Assembly: GCA_029953675.1 (NCBI GenBank) | Contig: JAMWBK010000006.1 | Coordinates: 806,001 to 870,000 of the forward strand | Length of the DNA: 64,000 nucleotides | From: Rhodosorus marinus CCMP1338 | Lineage: Eukaryota; Plantae; Rhodophyta | Direction: 5' to 3' | Notes under the pieces: generated by a model | What the model saw: the letters and a program-made list of their open reading frames with translations, nothing else | What the model was told of the DNA's origin: nothing | Database searches by the model: none | Translations under genes and position numbers: made by a program | Shown here: piece after piece, positions 1 to 12,600 of the stretch | How positions within the stretch are numbered: the first letter of the stretch is position 1 | Layout: each line of letters starts with the position of its first letter

Positions 1-13
1 CGATCAGAAGACA

Positions 14-46
14 AGCCCACAAGACAAGCCCACAAGACAAGGCTGT
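14..46. repeat. Short tandem repeat (ACAAGCCCACAAG-like, about 2.5 copies)
   Basis: acaagcccacaagacaagcccacaagacaag is visible at the window start. Confidence 0.6.
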
Positions 47-76
47 AGTCATGACGTGTGAGTGGCCATTACCAGT

Positions 77-1096
77 TCAGTGCGCAAAGGAAACTTTCTG
101 TGAAGTTCATGTCACCAGTGTCAAATCCGACCATTGGCGCTAGACCATTTTGGGACCGATAAATATTTGCCACCAACAGTGGCATTGTCCCTAGGATGCG
201 AAACACCTACGTAGAAAAGGGGTGACAAGTCAAACTCTTTACGTCTGGGATCCTTAAGTCGAGGAATATCGAGCTTCCTCTCAACCCCACCTGCTTCTCC
301 CTGACTTTGTGTGATTCATACACATGATTTCCTCGCAGGGCGGGGTTTGCTTCTGGGTACAACGTGCCTGGATCAAAGTCATGGGGAACAGGTTAATTGA
401 GACGATGACGAGTCCGAAACGCCAAAGCAGTAAGTAGCCTACCCATCGCCATCATGGTACTAGCAAGAACTCCCATGGGATGCGCGTCGCTGCGAAACCC
501 ATTGGAAATAATCTTTACGAGATCATTGTGGGGCGTTCGGTGCGCAGCCACGTTGGTCTCGTAAAGCCTCAGATCTTGCTCTGTAGGAAGTTCCCCGTAG
601 TAGAGCGTGTACGCAACCTTCAAGGAGCACAGTTCAGGCGGTTATGGTCAGTCCCAATCCATAGGTCGCGTGCATTGTTCAATAAGGTGCGTGTCCTACC
701 TCAAGGAAGCTCGACTTTCCAGCAAGCTGCTCGATAGGATACCCCCGATACCTGAGAATTCTATCACCACGAGAGAAAAGGTTCATGTGAGGTTCTGAAA
801 ACCAGTGAATCCCTCCAAGTGACTGCTGCTCACCCTCGTTCTCCGTCCAGATACGTGATTCGCGACGTACAACAAGCTGTGTTCGTATATCCCGGATCAT
901 AACTCAGCACCCCCTGTTTCCTCAGCCAGCCCGCTTCAACGACTCCTTTCTCCTTCTTCTCCTCGAATGCTCCACTCCTCCGCTCGCCTGTATCTCCCCG
1001 ATCATACTGGGAATCTCGTACCTCGTATACTTGAACGCTCATGACGCTCGATTTCCTTTTCCTCCCTGCTGCAGTCATCCAGCCTTCACCTTCCAA
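77..1096 (-). CDS. Citrate synthase, plant-peroxisomal/bacterial-like type; 5' part, runs off the left edge
   Basis: Exons join via GT-AG introns (761-833, 618-699, 368-442, 207-290) to give [36 protein letters not shown]...AYTLYYGELP...SDAHPMGVL...TLYPEANPALRG...VFRILGTMP. These are citrate synthase motifs. The start could be the ATG at 1042, 1078 or 1096. Confidence 0.92.
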
Positions 1097-1918
1097 TCAC
1101 ATTCACCCACCCACCCCACCCACCTCCTCCCACCCAAACCCCAGCGTTCAACTTCCTGCCCCTTTATACAAATCGACCAGCCCTAAAAAAAAAAAAAGGG
1201 GGAAAGAAAGAAAACTGGTGTCCAACATCTCAACCCAATTGATGACACAGTGGGGTCAAACACAAAAAACGCCACCTGCCAGCCTCGTCCATAAGAAAAA
1301 AAAAACACACCCAAAAAATTAAAATTATAAAAAAGAAAGAAGAGGGCACAAAAGATACGAACAAACGAAGAAATTTTTTTTTTTTTGGGGGGGGGGGCCC
1401 AAAAATAGTGACAAATGTTTGACGCACTTCCACAAGAAAAAAAAACCGAAAAAAAAACCGCTCCAGATATATCTAAAACAAAACAAAAAAACAAGCATCG
1501 ATCTGTTGAACAAATAGCCAATGTGTTTTAAGTTTCCACACACGAAAAAGACACGGGCCATAATTTTATTGGTGTAAAAATACCGATCCGCCGCAAAAAG
1601 ACACGCGGACGCTTTTTATTGCAAGCATAATCGACGGTTGCGAGGGTTGAAAGACGCGTGTCGGATGATAAATCGTTGATTGATATATATCTGAAGTCTA
1701 GAGATTTTGATGGAATGTAAAATAATGGACCTTCCTTTCTTAAAAGGAAAATATCTGGTTTCTTAGGAATAACAATAAATTTAAAAAAATTGCTGAGGGG
1801 GTATATGTGGTTTTGGGGCCTTGTTTAGACGTGTTTCCTTTTTGGTTCCCCTCCTGTCAGCCGGATTAAACGGCCCATAAGCTCATGTAGATTAGATGTT
1901 TGGAGGAGAGCACGGAAT

Positions 1919-2950
1919 GACAGAATGTGAAAAAGAAACCATTTGGGACGGAGAGATTGGGGGCCAGGGCCTGGAGGGGGGGGGGAAGGGGTTGGAAGAG
2001 ATGGAGGGATTCTGACGGAAGCGTGAAATTGTTTTTGAATGGAGAGATTTGGGGTGAGCATTGTGGATTGGGGGTAGGGGTTGTAGGGAGGAGGGAGTTG
2101 TTGAGGGAGGGTGGTTGATTGATTCTGGACGGAATTGGATTTCGGGCGGGGGGAGGGGGGAAGGTGTGTATTGGAGTTTGGATACGGTATGCAATTGTTG
2201 CAACTTTGAAATGGAAAATTTGAACGAAAAAAAAAGAAGCGGAAAGGAGGACATATAGGAGACACGGAAGATTTCCTTCTTCGGGCTAAATTTCGGGGGG
2301 GGTCTGGAAGAGAAGGAAATTGTGTTTTTGGTTTTCGTGGTAACTTGTCTGGATAACAATCGCAGGCTGCTTGTACGAAGAAAAACTAGAGCGAGCCTGG
2401 AATGATCTCTTTTTCGTAGCGCGCAGCGTGTGAGATCATGTTGTGCCTTGACTTGGAGTTAGGTCCTTCGCTCAGAGACTTCACCTAGCTGTCAATAGCT
2501 TGTGTGCGTGACTGGCGCCCTGGTCCACAAGGTTTAAAGTACGCCGTTTAGCAACTGATATGGTTTTCGATCGGGAAAGGGCGTATCGGAAGATGGGATG
2601 TAGTCCCCGAAAATTGCGGAAATGATAGAATCGGCAAGCACATTGAGTTGTATGATTAACAGTTTAGTCCACGTCGCCAATGCCCTTCGCGGACCCTTTG
2701 CTGGTCTCAGGATTGGAACAAGACATGAGCGCATCAAAACCAGCACGTGGGTTCCCGACTCCTGGCAATGATTCGAAAACCTCAAGCCCGTCCATATCGT
2801 GCGATTTCAGAGTTCTAAGAAGCAGCAAGTCACACACTTTCAAAATTCACAAGAGAAGTTTCGGCGGAGACCCAACACCCGACTCTAAGCGAAAAACTGG
2901 GCATCCCCAAGGCTTAAACAATCATCGTACTCTAAGCAATTTCAAAGTTC
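1919..2950 (+). other. Possible plus-strand gene with broken frames (error-prone sequence)
   Basis: G-rich sequence follows an AT-rich core, with an ATG at about 1919 and short open frames interrupted by homopolymer runs. No product recognised. Confidence 0.2.
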
Positions 2951-2968
2951 TCTTCAAGCTGCTTGGTG

Positions 2969-5713
2969 CTAGCTCGCAGCTTGTTCCACGTCCTCTTTCG
3001 CTTCCCCAGCAGGGGGAGTCTTCTCCGCAAGGCTCGCATTGGGAGTAGGTTCAGCCACCTCCTTTGCGACTACCATTTGTTCCTCTTCTTTTGGTGATCG
3101 TTCAGTACTACTTTGAGTTTTTCTGTTCCCCTCGTCTGAATGTGTTTGAGGTTCCTTCAATGTGGACGCGATGACGTCGTCACCTCGAGATCTGCCCTTC
3201 CGAAAGCTTGCGCCTCTTGCCGATTGCGGTGATCGACCAGCCCTTTCTTGACTAGGGAACCATGATCGGACGGGTGGGCTCGATGAATACGAAGTCCTCC
3301 CTTGCCCGTCAACCCGTCCCATCCTCTCAGTCTTTGGTGCAACGTCATCCACGAACAATCGATTGTTCCTATAACGAAACCCGAACGCCATCACTTTCTT
3401 GCCAAGTTCCCTTTCCGCTTCCGGCTGATCGTCCCTCATATCCAGCTTGGCCTTTCTCTGCAGCACCGCCAGGGTCTTCTTTGTGGGGTGGATTCCAGTT
3501 CCAACTCCCTGAGCGGCAAAAAAAAATTAGAAGTGCTGAGCTAATCACTCTCAACGGCTCCTAGTCTGTAGGACATCAAGTTCGAGGTTTCCGAAACTAG
3601 AAAGTTGTCCTCACCGTTTCAACCATTGCAACAGCATTCTGGGGCTTTTGGTACTGCTGAAGGGCCATCGTCAAAATTTCGAAGGATTCTGAATTGGGTC
3701 GAAGATCTTGCTGTTTCATGTCCTACAAGCAACCGTAACGGAAAATTTGAGTTAAACAACGAAGAACTATGCTTTAGCCAGCCTATCGGGTGGCTCGATG
3801 TACGTACCAAGAGGATGCTTTGGACTTTGCTGAGTTGCCCACTCATACGCACAGCCGTAAACAACGCGTTGAAAGATTCAATCGACGGTTTCAGTCCAAA
3901 CTCCTTTTGAAGAGCTTCAAATGTTTGGTACGTTCTATCTATGTCGCCCATTTCTGCGCACGCATTGAGTATCACGTTGACCTCTGGGAGATTGACGGTT
4001 TTCCCTTGTGCCTTCATATCTGACAGTAAGTAGTAAGCTCGATCCGCTTCCTTGGGCGATTTTTTACAACCCCTGACGAGACCCCTCAGATTCCTATTAG
4101 TCAAAAGGGATACAGGAATAGGGATTAGTCTCGCACGAAAGAAAAAGGAAGCCTATGCAACGGCAGTATGTAGCTGTTTCGACTTACACAATCGAAGGTT
4201 TTACCCCAGCAGCCGACATCTCTTGAAGTATTTCAAACGCGTCCTCGAACCGACCGAGTCTCCCAAGGCAGTTTACTGCGCTGTACCCGGCCGGTTGTGC
4301 AATATTGTCGGGATATTGCCGTCGCATCTTGGACCACAGACTAAGACTCAGCTTTCCGTCTAGATGTCTGGACGCTGCACAGATCAATGAAGAGTACAAT
4401 CTGTAGCATTGACGGACGGCGAGGGAGATGTTTAGACCACCAATTGTTGGTCAACGCGGAGGGGGGGGAGAAACGCGCCCGCGAACTCCTTACCCGAGAG
4501 GAATCTGCTTGTCCTCGAGTTTATAACGCGTTGCTGCCCTGTCGAGCTTTCTCAAGAGCTCAGCGACCATGTGAGTGGATACGTTCTCCGCCAAATCGCC
4601 AAGGATATTGACATATGTTACAGGATGCATAATCCCAAGGGCGGACTCCCCTTTTTTGAGTTGCTCCATCGCTGAGGAGAATTTTCCGACTGAAACATGA
4701 CCATTTACAAGTGCTTCATAGGTGTCCTGATCATTTGCGTTGAAGCAAGAGTCATTTAGAGTCCAGTTGATCCTGCGAAACCCGCTTTTGGGCCATTGGC
4801 ACGTACTTGATTCGGGCTTACACCCTGCTTCGTCATCTCGTTGACGATGCGCTCTGCACTTGTCATCTGACCGTTCCGACACATGGTCAGTAAAACCCTT
4901 CACAGGCAACAAAAAGGTCAAAGCGGGCAGAATAGTTAGCAAACTATGACCAGATGGACATTCGTTTGTTGCCGTTTCTTGCTTTTTGCCCTACTGATTA
5001 TAACAATCGACGCTTGGTTTCAATCCCATCTGCTTCATTCTTTCAATAATATCCAAGCACAGGTGTAATTCTCCGCGATTAGAACAGGCTTCAAGAATCG
5101 AGCGATACTCGAGCTCGTGCGGAACGATGCCCTTTTTCTCCAGTTCTTCAAGTAGCTTGTTGCCCAACCTGTCCAGAAAGAAGAGAGACTTCCATCTTCA
5201 GTTTCTCCGCAGTGCTTCTAGAAGATGCTCGTGCAGAACGGTGAAAAACTCTACTCACATGGAGTAATCCGTTTTCCCGCACGCTGCAATCGCGTAAAGA
5301 TACGAGCTCCGATCAGGATCAAATCTATTCTCAGTAGGCGACGTCGATTTCACATAAAAAGACGAGCACACATAGTAATCTCTCGCATTGAACAACTTTC
5401 TCAGTTCCTTAGTCAACTCGTCGGCGTTTTTGACGAGGGAAACGCCTCTGAGGGAAGGCTTCGTCCGACCCTTGCCCTGCTTCGGGGGGATCGCCTTGAA
5501 AGCCTCCGCGATACCGTGGAAGAGCGACGCCTGCACGCTGTCCAACTCAGTCACAGATCGCACATCTCCATCACCCTTACCCTTTCCGAATTCCTCTCCA
5601 ACACTCTCAATCCTCCCAAACACCGCCCCAAACGAAGGTCCATCCACCCCGCTACTTGCATACCTCAACCCAACCCCTCTCCTACCAACTCTAAATCCAC
5701 CCCTCTTAATCAT
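2969..5713 (-). CDS. Pentatricopeptide repeat (PPR) protein, multi-exon
   Basis: Several PPR-like 35-aa motifs lie in successive exons, e.g. LLEELEKKGIVPHELEYRSILEACS, AFEILQEMSAAGVKPSIV, YYLLSDMKAQGKTVNLPEVNVILNACAEMG and FGLKPSIESFNALFTAV. The N-terminus is Arg/Gly-rich and targeting-peptide-like, and the C-terminus is low-complexity. Confidence 0.85.
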
Positions 5714-6155
5714 CTCTCCAAGTTTCTCTACAGAACCTGCTCAACTCTTCCCCATCAACCCTCTCTCCCTCTCACCCCCGTCTATTAAATACTAACATCT
5801 AAACAACAACACCTCAACGCTACAACCACACCCAACGATCAATCGACAGCAACAACAGAATCAACTCCACAAACTCTCCAAATGATATCCAAAACACCCA
5901 AAAAACCCAGAGATACAAAAACAAACAAAAGAAACAAAACTAAGAGGTCGGCTTTTTTTGCAGCTACACTATGCCGATCATCAGCACGCCAACACCCTCA
6001 TCCATCCCCTCCAAATGTCCTCCGCGTGCATCGACTCTACATCATCACCACCATTCCCAGCAGACGCGAATATTCAAAATATGAGCAAATTGTCACTCCA
6101 CAATTCAGTCTACAAAAAACACAGATTACCGAAAACATGATGTAAAAGCAATATT

Positions 6156-6184
6156 ATTCAGTCAATATTATTATTTGACTGAAT
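6156..6184. promoter_or_regulatory. Palindrome ATTCAGTCAA-N9-TTGACTGAAT in an AT-rich intergenic core
   Basis: Perfect 10-bp inverted repeat; a near-identical element lies at 50480-50507. Confidence 0.45.
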
Positions 6185-7020
6185 TTGATGGTGACGCTTT
6201 GAATCGTTCAGTTCTCTACGTGTACGCGCCGTAGACAAAGGTTGGTTTTTTCGTTCAAGAAGGATGAATCAGTCGTTATGGATGATAACTGCTTGTAAAA
6301 TTTTATTTATAGGTACCATATTCAGTCCAATGTTCGAAGTATTGATTGATATGCTGGACTTGGATTCGCAGAGTATGGGTTTGTAGGGAGAGAGAACAGG
6401 AATGTGTTTTTGGTCAAGAGCTTCTGGATTAGTCATATCAATGTCCTATGCAACAGTTTGGAGGGAGAAGATGGCTTGCAGGTGCTGCTACTTTTTTCCC
6501 CCCGGAACTACCTGGCCTCGAAGAAAAGTGTAGTACTCGCCGGTTTGCATTATCCACGAGCACATCTTCAGGTATCTTGTCTTGTCTGAGAAGAGTACTA
6601 GTCAGAAGAAACAATAGCAGAATGAATCGTCCCTGGTGTCGAAGATGTCCGCCTAGAACTCACCAGATGAGTTATCCGTTTTTTTGACTGTTGGATCATT
6701 CCAGATCCGTGACCGTTCAAAACGCTGTTTTCATTGTTGTTTAAGCAGGTGAAGAGGATGACCGGATGACGGGGTGACTGGATGAATCATTCGATTGTCG
6801 TTCATGAAGTTGAAATCTGGCAAAGAAACCCTTCCAGATTTGGGCGATAAGCATGCACTGTACATGCTCCCCACTTTGTCTAATCAAATATGCCACAAAT
6901 CCAATCTAGGTTTTCAGAGTGTTTACGTTTGCCCGTATCTGCTCTGACCACAGGGTTGTGGTTGTTCGCTTCTTTTATATTATTTATACTTGCTTGAACA
7001 CCTTCGTCTTCCTGTTCAGC

Positions 7021-8208
7021 TTACTGCTGATCGTCGACCACCAGCTCCGTTCGCTGGACAACCTCCTCAAGCGTTTCCATTATTGATTCATCAGGTTCTT
7101 CGAGGTGATGGTTACGTATGAACGGGTATACCTTCGCCTGTCTAATGGCGTCTCTGCCACTTCGAGTCTTGCATAGAAGAAGCAGAGCCTCGGCGATTGC
7201 TCTCCGTACCTCGACTTCCGGCTCCATTGCAGCCGCCGACGAAGACAAAGCCTTTGTTCCGAGAGGAGCATCCTCAAGATCTTCATCAGAAGGTAGGTGA
7301 GAGCCGTCTACAAAAGGCTTTGTAAGCAAGATTACGGGATCGTACTCGGACAAAAGAATGGCAAGAATGGAATCGTCTACGAGGCAGTTCCGAAGACAAA
7401 GTGCTGCGCCAAGTCGCCATGACCTGGCCGGGCTTCCCAACCATCCAAGGACCAGGCGCAGAGAAGCTCCCTTCTCAGCCATTAGAACATCGCGTCCAGC
7501 TGAGAGCTGACTCAAGTTCCCAACAGACATCGCCGAGCCCTCGAGCATCTGGGCCTGACCTTCGTCAGTTTGCGACATGCTCAAGTGCCTTACCAGAGCT
7601 TGTACCTTAAGGGACGCCAGAAGCTTTCCGTTCTCATCGCCATCTGAGCAAAGAGCCAGGCAGAGAGAACGTTCAACTATTACGGTAACAGAGTTTCGTT
7701 GTTGCAATATCCGGTAGTATTACCAAGAGCCAGAGCTGCCCTGCAACCAAAATCGGTGCGGGTTAGGTTCGCTAGCAACCCAGAGTTCAGCGAGTCAAGA
7801 GCTCTCGCTTCTTCAGCAGGATCCAAGATGCTCTGAATGCACCCCCTGCATGCACCACCTGCAGCTATCATCCTCGCTGCTCTTTCATCCGCCGAGAGGT
7901 TAATCAAAGCCGTGAGACAAGACCTGGAAACCGCCTAAGCGATCAAGAGAAGGAGAATCAGCGGGAGGAACACTTTCAATAGAATGAAGAGGAGGCTTCC
8001 TGATGGAGCTCACCCTCGTCGTATCCCCAGAATTTAAGAGTAGCGCGGTCACTAGCTCCTTCGCGGCCGATGAGTCCCCCCCAACGTAGAGTTGATCTGA
8101 AGAACTCATCTCAGCAGCCTGAGCCGCTATCAGGACTGCTGCCGCAGCCTTGACATCCTGTTTACCTGTCTTCAGAATACTAGCGAGGTCTCGCGCAGTA
8201 ACGTCCAT
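7021..8208 (-). CDS. HGH1: HGH1/FAM203 homolog (eEF2 chaperone, ARM-like)
   Basis: Motifs CLTALINLS, LLANLTR, RLGAALCLRNC, EPEVEVRRAIAEALLLLCKTRSGRDAIRQAKVYPFIRNHHLEE. A three-exon model (introns about 7934-8013 and 7680-7726) joins the ORFs in frame. Confidence 0.85.
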
Positions 8209-8548
8209 GCTTGAGTGTCCCTCGTCTCCAACTATTTAGCAGTTCGCTAAAGGTCTCCCCTTGCTCGCGGATGAAACCCTAAGAATGGCTACGGCCGACG
8301 ATTAAGCAAGAAGTCGGGATGTGGGGATGTCTGAAAGGGGTGAACAAACGGAACGAAGCAATGGAGAGAATACATGAACAAGAGGGAAGGGGCTTGAGTG
8401 CTTTACTATGAGCTAAGGGGGTCAAAAACATCTGTCCCCTGTGTCAGTTGCTCCGCATCCTCCGCTTTCTAAAACCACTGATCTGGGGCTCCCCGGAGCG
8501 AACCTCACCTCGCACATCGGAAGTCATCGCTGGAGGGGATGCGAGGGT

Positions 8549-8735
8549 CCAGTTCACCTCATCCAAAGTCCTTTAACAGGAATAAATCGAAGACTTGCGA
8601 AGGAATTCCAGCTTCGGCATTAAACAGGAGGGGTCGGATGCGAAGAGACAGTTCATCTGGTCCAAAGTCTTTAATAGAAAAAAAACGAAAACTGGCTTGT
8701 GACTTCTAGCTTCAACATTGAGTAGGAGGGCTCAT
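8549..8735. repeat. Diverged tandem duplication, unit about 100 bp
   Basis: cagttca..tccaaagtc(c)tttaa..agcttc..catt..aggaggg occurs at about 8550 and again at about 8650. Confidence 0.55.
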
Positions 8736-8789
8736 GATTCAAGTCCTGGGTCAGATTAAGGGCTTCATAGCTCTTATCCATACAAAAGC

Positions 8790-9236
8790 TTCCGGCTGAA
8801 CTCCCTGTGGATCAAATGGGGGACCTGGCCATCAGCGCCAGCCAGACTTGGCGCACCTTTGGACTGGCTTATGCTGTTGGCCCTGTTCCCGACGGTGTCA
8901 AAAGGTGATGTAGCCGTCCTATGCACTCGTAGTGGCTTAGTGTGTCAGAAATTTTGCTGTCCCGCGTACCTGGTCCTGGGCAAGATCCTCCGTGCCATTG
9001 CTTGGCGAGTTGCCCGTGAGTATCCCCAGGGCTTGCAATCCTTTGAGGCAGAACACAAGCGAAATTCTTTCCAACTGGAAACACAGCCGATGTGCGGGTG
9101 TACGTTCATAGCCAACAGAAGCAGATAAGTTCAACCCAGACGTACGCTGTACCCTACAGAACTCATTCAGAACAGCTCCAAGCTCAAGAACCTCAGGACT
9201 CGCTTCTGAATATATGCATTCTACCCGCCCAATCAT
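8790..9236 (-). CDS. Possible small spliced hypothetical gene
   Basis: ORF 8937-9236 has plausible GT-AG sites, but the frame across exons is ambiguous and no family was recognised. Confidence 0.25.
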
Positions 9237-9659
9237 TACGACCCAAAACGATTGATTTCGTTACTTGTCTAGTGAGATGATTGATTTCCTTATAGTACTG
9301 GTCTAATTGTCTAATCACCAAGAAGTTGGAAAGCTTACCCCTGTATTTTTTCCGCCAAAAAGAAATTATAATGCCAGTTCATTTTAGTAAATAAGACTAA
9401 TCAATACAGAAACAAATATGTCCAGGGGTACTTCTTGAAAGTATATAATGTATTATTCGATATACCTCTATAGGATAATTGTATTATTTTGTTTGAACTT
9501 TTAAATCTCTGGAATGCATTTCGCCGTTATTGTGCAGTGGCACAGGAGCTCTCCGGATGAGAACGATAGAGATGCTGCTGTGGGGAGAGGAGAGCAGATC
9601 CCGGAGTTCGAGTATGTGAATTTCGGGTTAGCGGTTGTTGAGTGCTCTCTTAATAGACC

Positions 9660-12600
9660 ATGAACGAGTTTGTGATTCCTCTGCATTTCGAGGAGCTCGA
9701 AAAGCAGGACATCTTAGACTTGGCTCGGGTTCGATACCGCTCGCCAAAGGAGAATTTAAGGACTGTGAAAGGAGTCAGTTGGTGGACTGAGGAAGGAGAG
9801 CATGCTGTTTCTGAATTGTACTGGTTAGTGAAGACTTTTCGCGACTTGTCAAACAATGAGAAGCAGGAGCTGGTCGAACGGATGCGTGAAGCCGTTGAGA
9901 AAGCTGTGAAGTTGCGAAAGCTATCAGCTCTCAAATCTACTGGATTCTTCGTTGCTTTCTTGATCAATGTTGCGGAAGACTTGGAGAGCGAACCGGTGGC
10001 TGCGAAAGGAAAAGGAAAACAAAACCAGGAATGGAGCTGGACGGCACAGGGTCTGGAGACAGCTCTCAGATGTCTCACACAAATAACCGAGCAGAAGAAC
10101 GACATTGCGGAGAACAAATATACGGAAAACTTCACAAGCATGAGCTGGAGAGCTGCACTCACTGCCATGGAGCGGAGCAGTGCGGTGAAGAACAGCGCTC
10201 TGATGGATTTGGTATTCCGAATAATCTCGGTTGGTATCTCTCGATGGGCGCAATCCATGCCAATTAGCGCAGCGCTTGTGCACCTTGTACACCGGCAAGA
10301 ACATGTAGCGCCCTCTGTAGCGACACTTTTGATCAAGTTCAACAGAAAACCAGATTTCAAGGACTTCGTCGATTCTACAATCGCCGAGCTCTGCTCGTCT
10401 GCGAGACTCTCCGACCTCAATCGAGACACTTCAGCTGGAAAATACCTTGGCATCGTGTTCTCCACGATCGCTACTGGTGATGCCGCTCTTCTGGCGAGGT
10501 ATTCGAAGGAGCTTGTAATTCCCCTTCTCGATCATGAGCCGTACACTCTGAGGAGTGGGGTAGTGGATGCCCTAGCAACCTCCACACTGGACCAGCAGGT
10601 TATGGGCGAGTACGAAGACTTACGTGCTGAAATCTATGACGTGCTTGTTGCGCGAGTATGCGACGTCAACGCTTTTACGAGAAGCCGAACTATTCAGGCC
10701 TGGATGAGACTTGCTGAGGCTCATGTGGTAACACACTACGAGCTCGCAGAACTGGCCCAATTGGTGACAGATCGACTTCATGATAAGGCGGCAGCTGTGA
10801 GGAAATCAGCGCTTCAGCTTTGGCAGGTCATCATGGAGCACAATCCATTCTCCCCGACGCTCAGTAGGCAAATGGTAGAGACTGCAAAGGAATCGGCGAA
10901 GGGTGAAACCAGTGAAGATTCAAAGAAGCAGGCGGGACTCAACTCCTACGTTATCGTAGTTGAAAACGCGGAACTGGCTGTTCAGCGTGCAAGTAATCTT
11001 CTGAAATCTGATAGTGTAACCGATGTCGTGGAGGCGATTAATATGCTGAGCTGCTCGAGAAAGTTCCAAGTTCATGGCGCCGATAGTGCGGTTCGGTCGA
11101 TCCTGACTTTGATTCTAGCCCGAGACAAAGCTGTCTCAGATGCAGCCTGTCGATGCATCGAGGAGAATCTCTGTCAGGATCAAAGCCCTGAGGCGTCTAC
11201 CAAGGAACTCTCGACCTCACTGTTAAAATCGCTGGTTCTGCTAGTAAGAAGTGCAACAGTTGGAGAAAGAGTATGTATTGAGAGCTGTATAAAACGTCTA
11301 TACGCTTCTGACGGTCATGCGGGCAGCTTGATCAAATCCACCACTTTCTCTAAGATCCTGTGGGATGTAATAAGCGGCAGAGCTGGAGGAGCGCTCTCCG
11401 AGATTCGGAAGGTCGCCTGCATTACATTGGGTGCAGTGACGAGTGCATCCGGGACCGAGGATGGCCCATCATCGGTGGTCTCATCGAAGAGAATAGCTAT
11501 CCTAACCAGTGTAGCTGTTCAGCACGAGGATCCAGCTCTGGCGAGAGAAGCGTGCAGCTTGATTTGCCGGATTGTTCCGAGAACAAGTCCCGGAGCAGAA
11601 GAAGCTGCGTGCGAAATTGTTGACAAGGTTTTGATCAGCTCCGCTGATGACGGATCTGTACCGAACGATTTTTGGCTGCCCCTTGCCGAACAAGCCCTCA
11701 ACGCTACGTATGCCATCAGCGCTCAGCCCGAGAAGCTTGCCGCTGACATGATTCACAGAATCGGCTCGCGGACTCTACAGAAGCCAACGGAGTGGGCTGT
11801 CACGAGATTCGTCTTTATAATTGGCCACACGGCTGTACGACAGCTTGTGTTCAACGAAGAGCGGGCAAGAGAACTCTCCAGGTCCCCTACTATAGAAACC
11901 GAGTCGAGAACTAATGGAGACAACAAAGGTGATGAAGAGATTGAGGACGTAGTTGGTGTCTCGTTGGGTGCGGAGGCGGACGCTGCCGTGGAAAGAGGAG
12001 AGCAGGAGCTCGTTGGCGAAGGATCAATTCTAGGAAGGTTTGCACCGCTTGTCGCAAAAGTAGCCACGGATCGAAACGCCTCCGATGTACAGCGTGCAGC
12101 AGCAGCTTCGTCGTTGGCGAAGCTCATGGCAGTCCACAGCTTCATGTGCGAACACTACGTTCGCCTGATGTTTTCTCTCCTGGACCCGTCCAATGCGCCG
12201 CCAGTCGTCAGGGGGAACAGCATCGTTGCATTGGGGGATCTATCGTTCAGACATCCAAACATCCTTGAGCCGTGGTCTGCTAAGATGTATTCGTCTCTGC
12301 GGGATGAGGATCCTATGGTTCGGCGGTATACGCTTTCGACGCTCACTCACCTGATCCTGAACGACATGGTTAAGGTTCGGGGTCAGGTTGTCGAGTTGGT
12401 TCTGTGCTTGAAGGATAACGATGAGCGCCTGCAGGCACTTTCGAAACTTTTCTTCCACGAACTGTCCAGAAAAGGAGGAAATCTTATATATAACATACTC
12501 CCCGATACGCTTTCGTGCCTGTCGCAGCGAAAGGACGTGGACCGTGGGACCTACAGAGAGGTGATGAAGTTTCTGGTTTCCTTCCTGGACAAGAGCAGGC

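Noticed and set aside
8937-9236. Assignment as GINS Psf3
   Set aside because: Only superficial similarity (LGIL..GTEDL); the expected downstream ELPLWL motif was not found in any frame.
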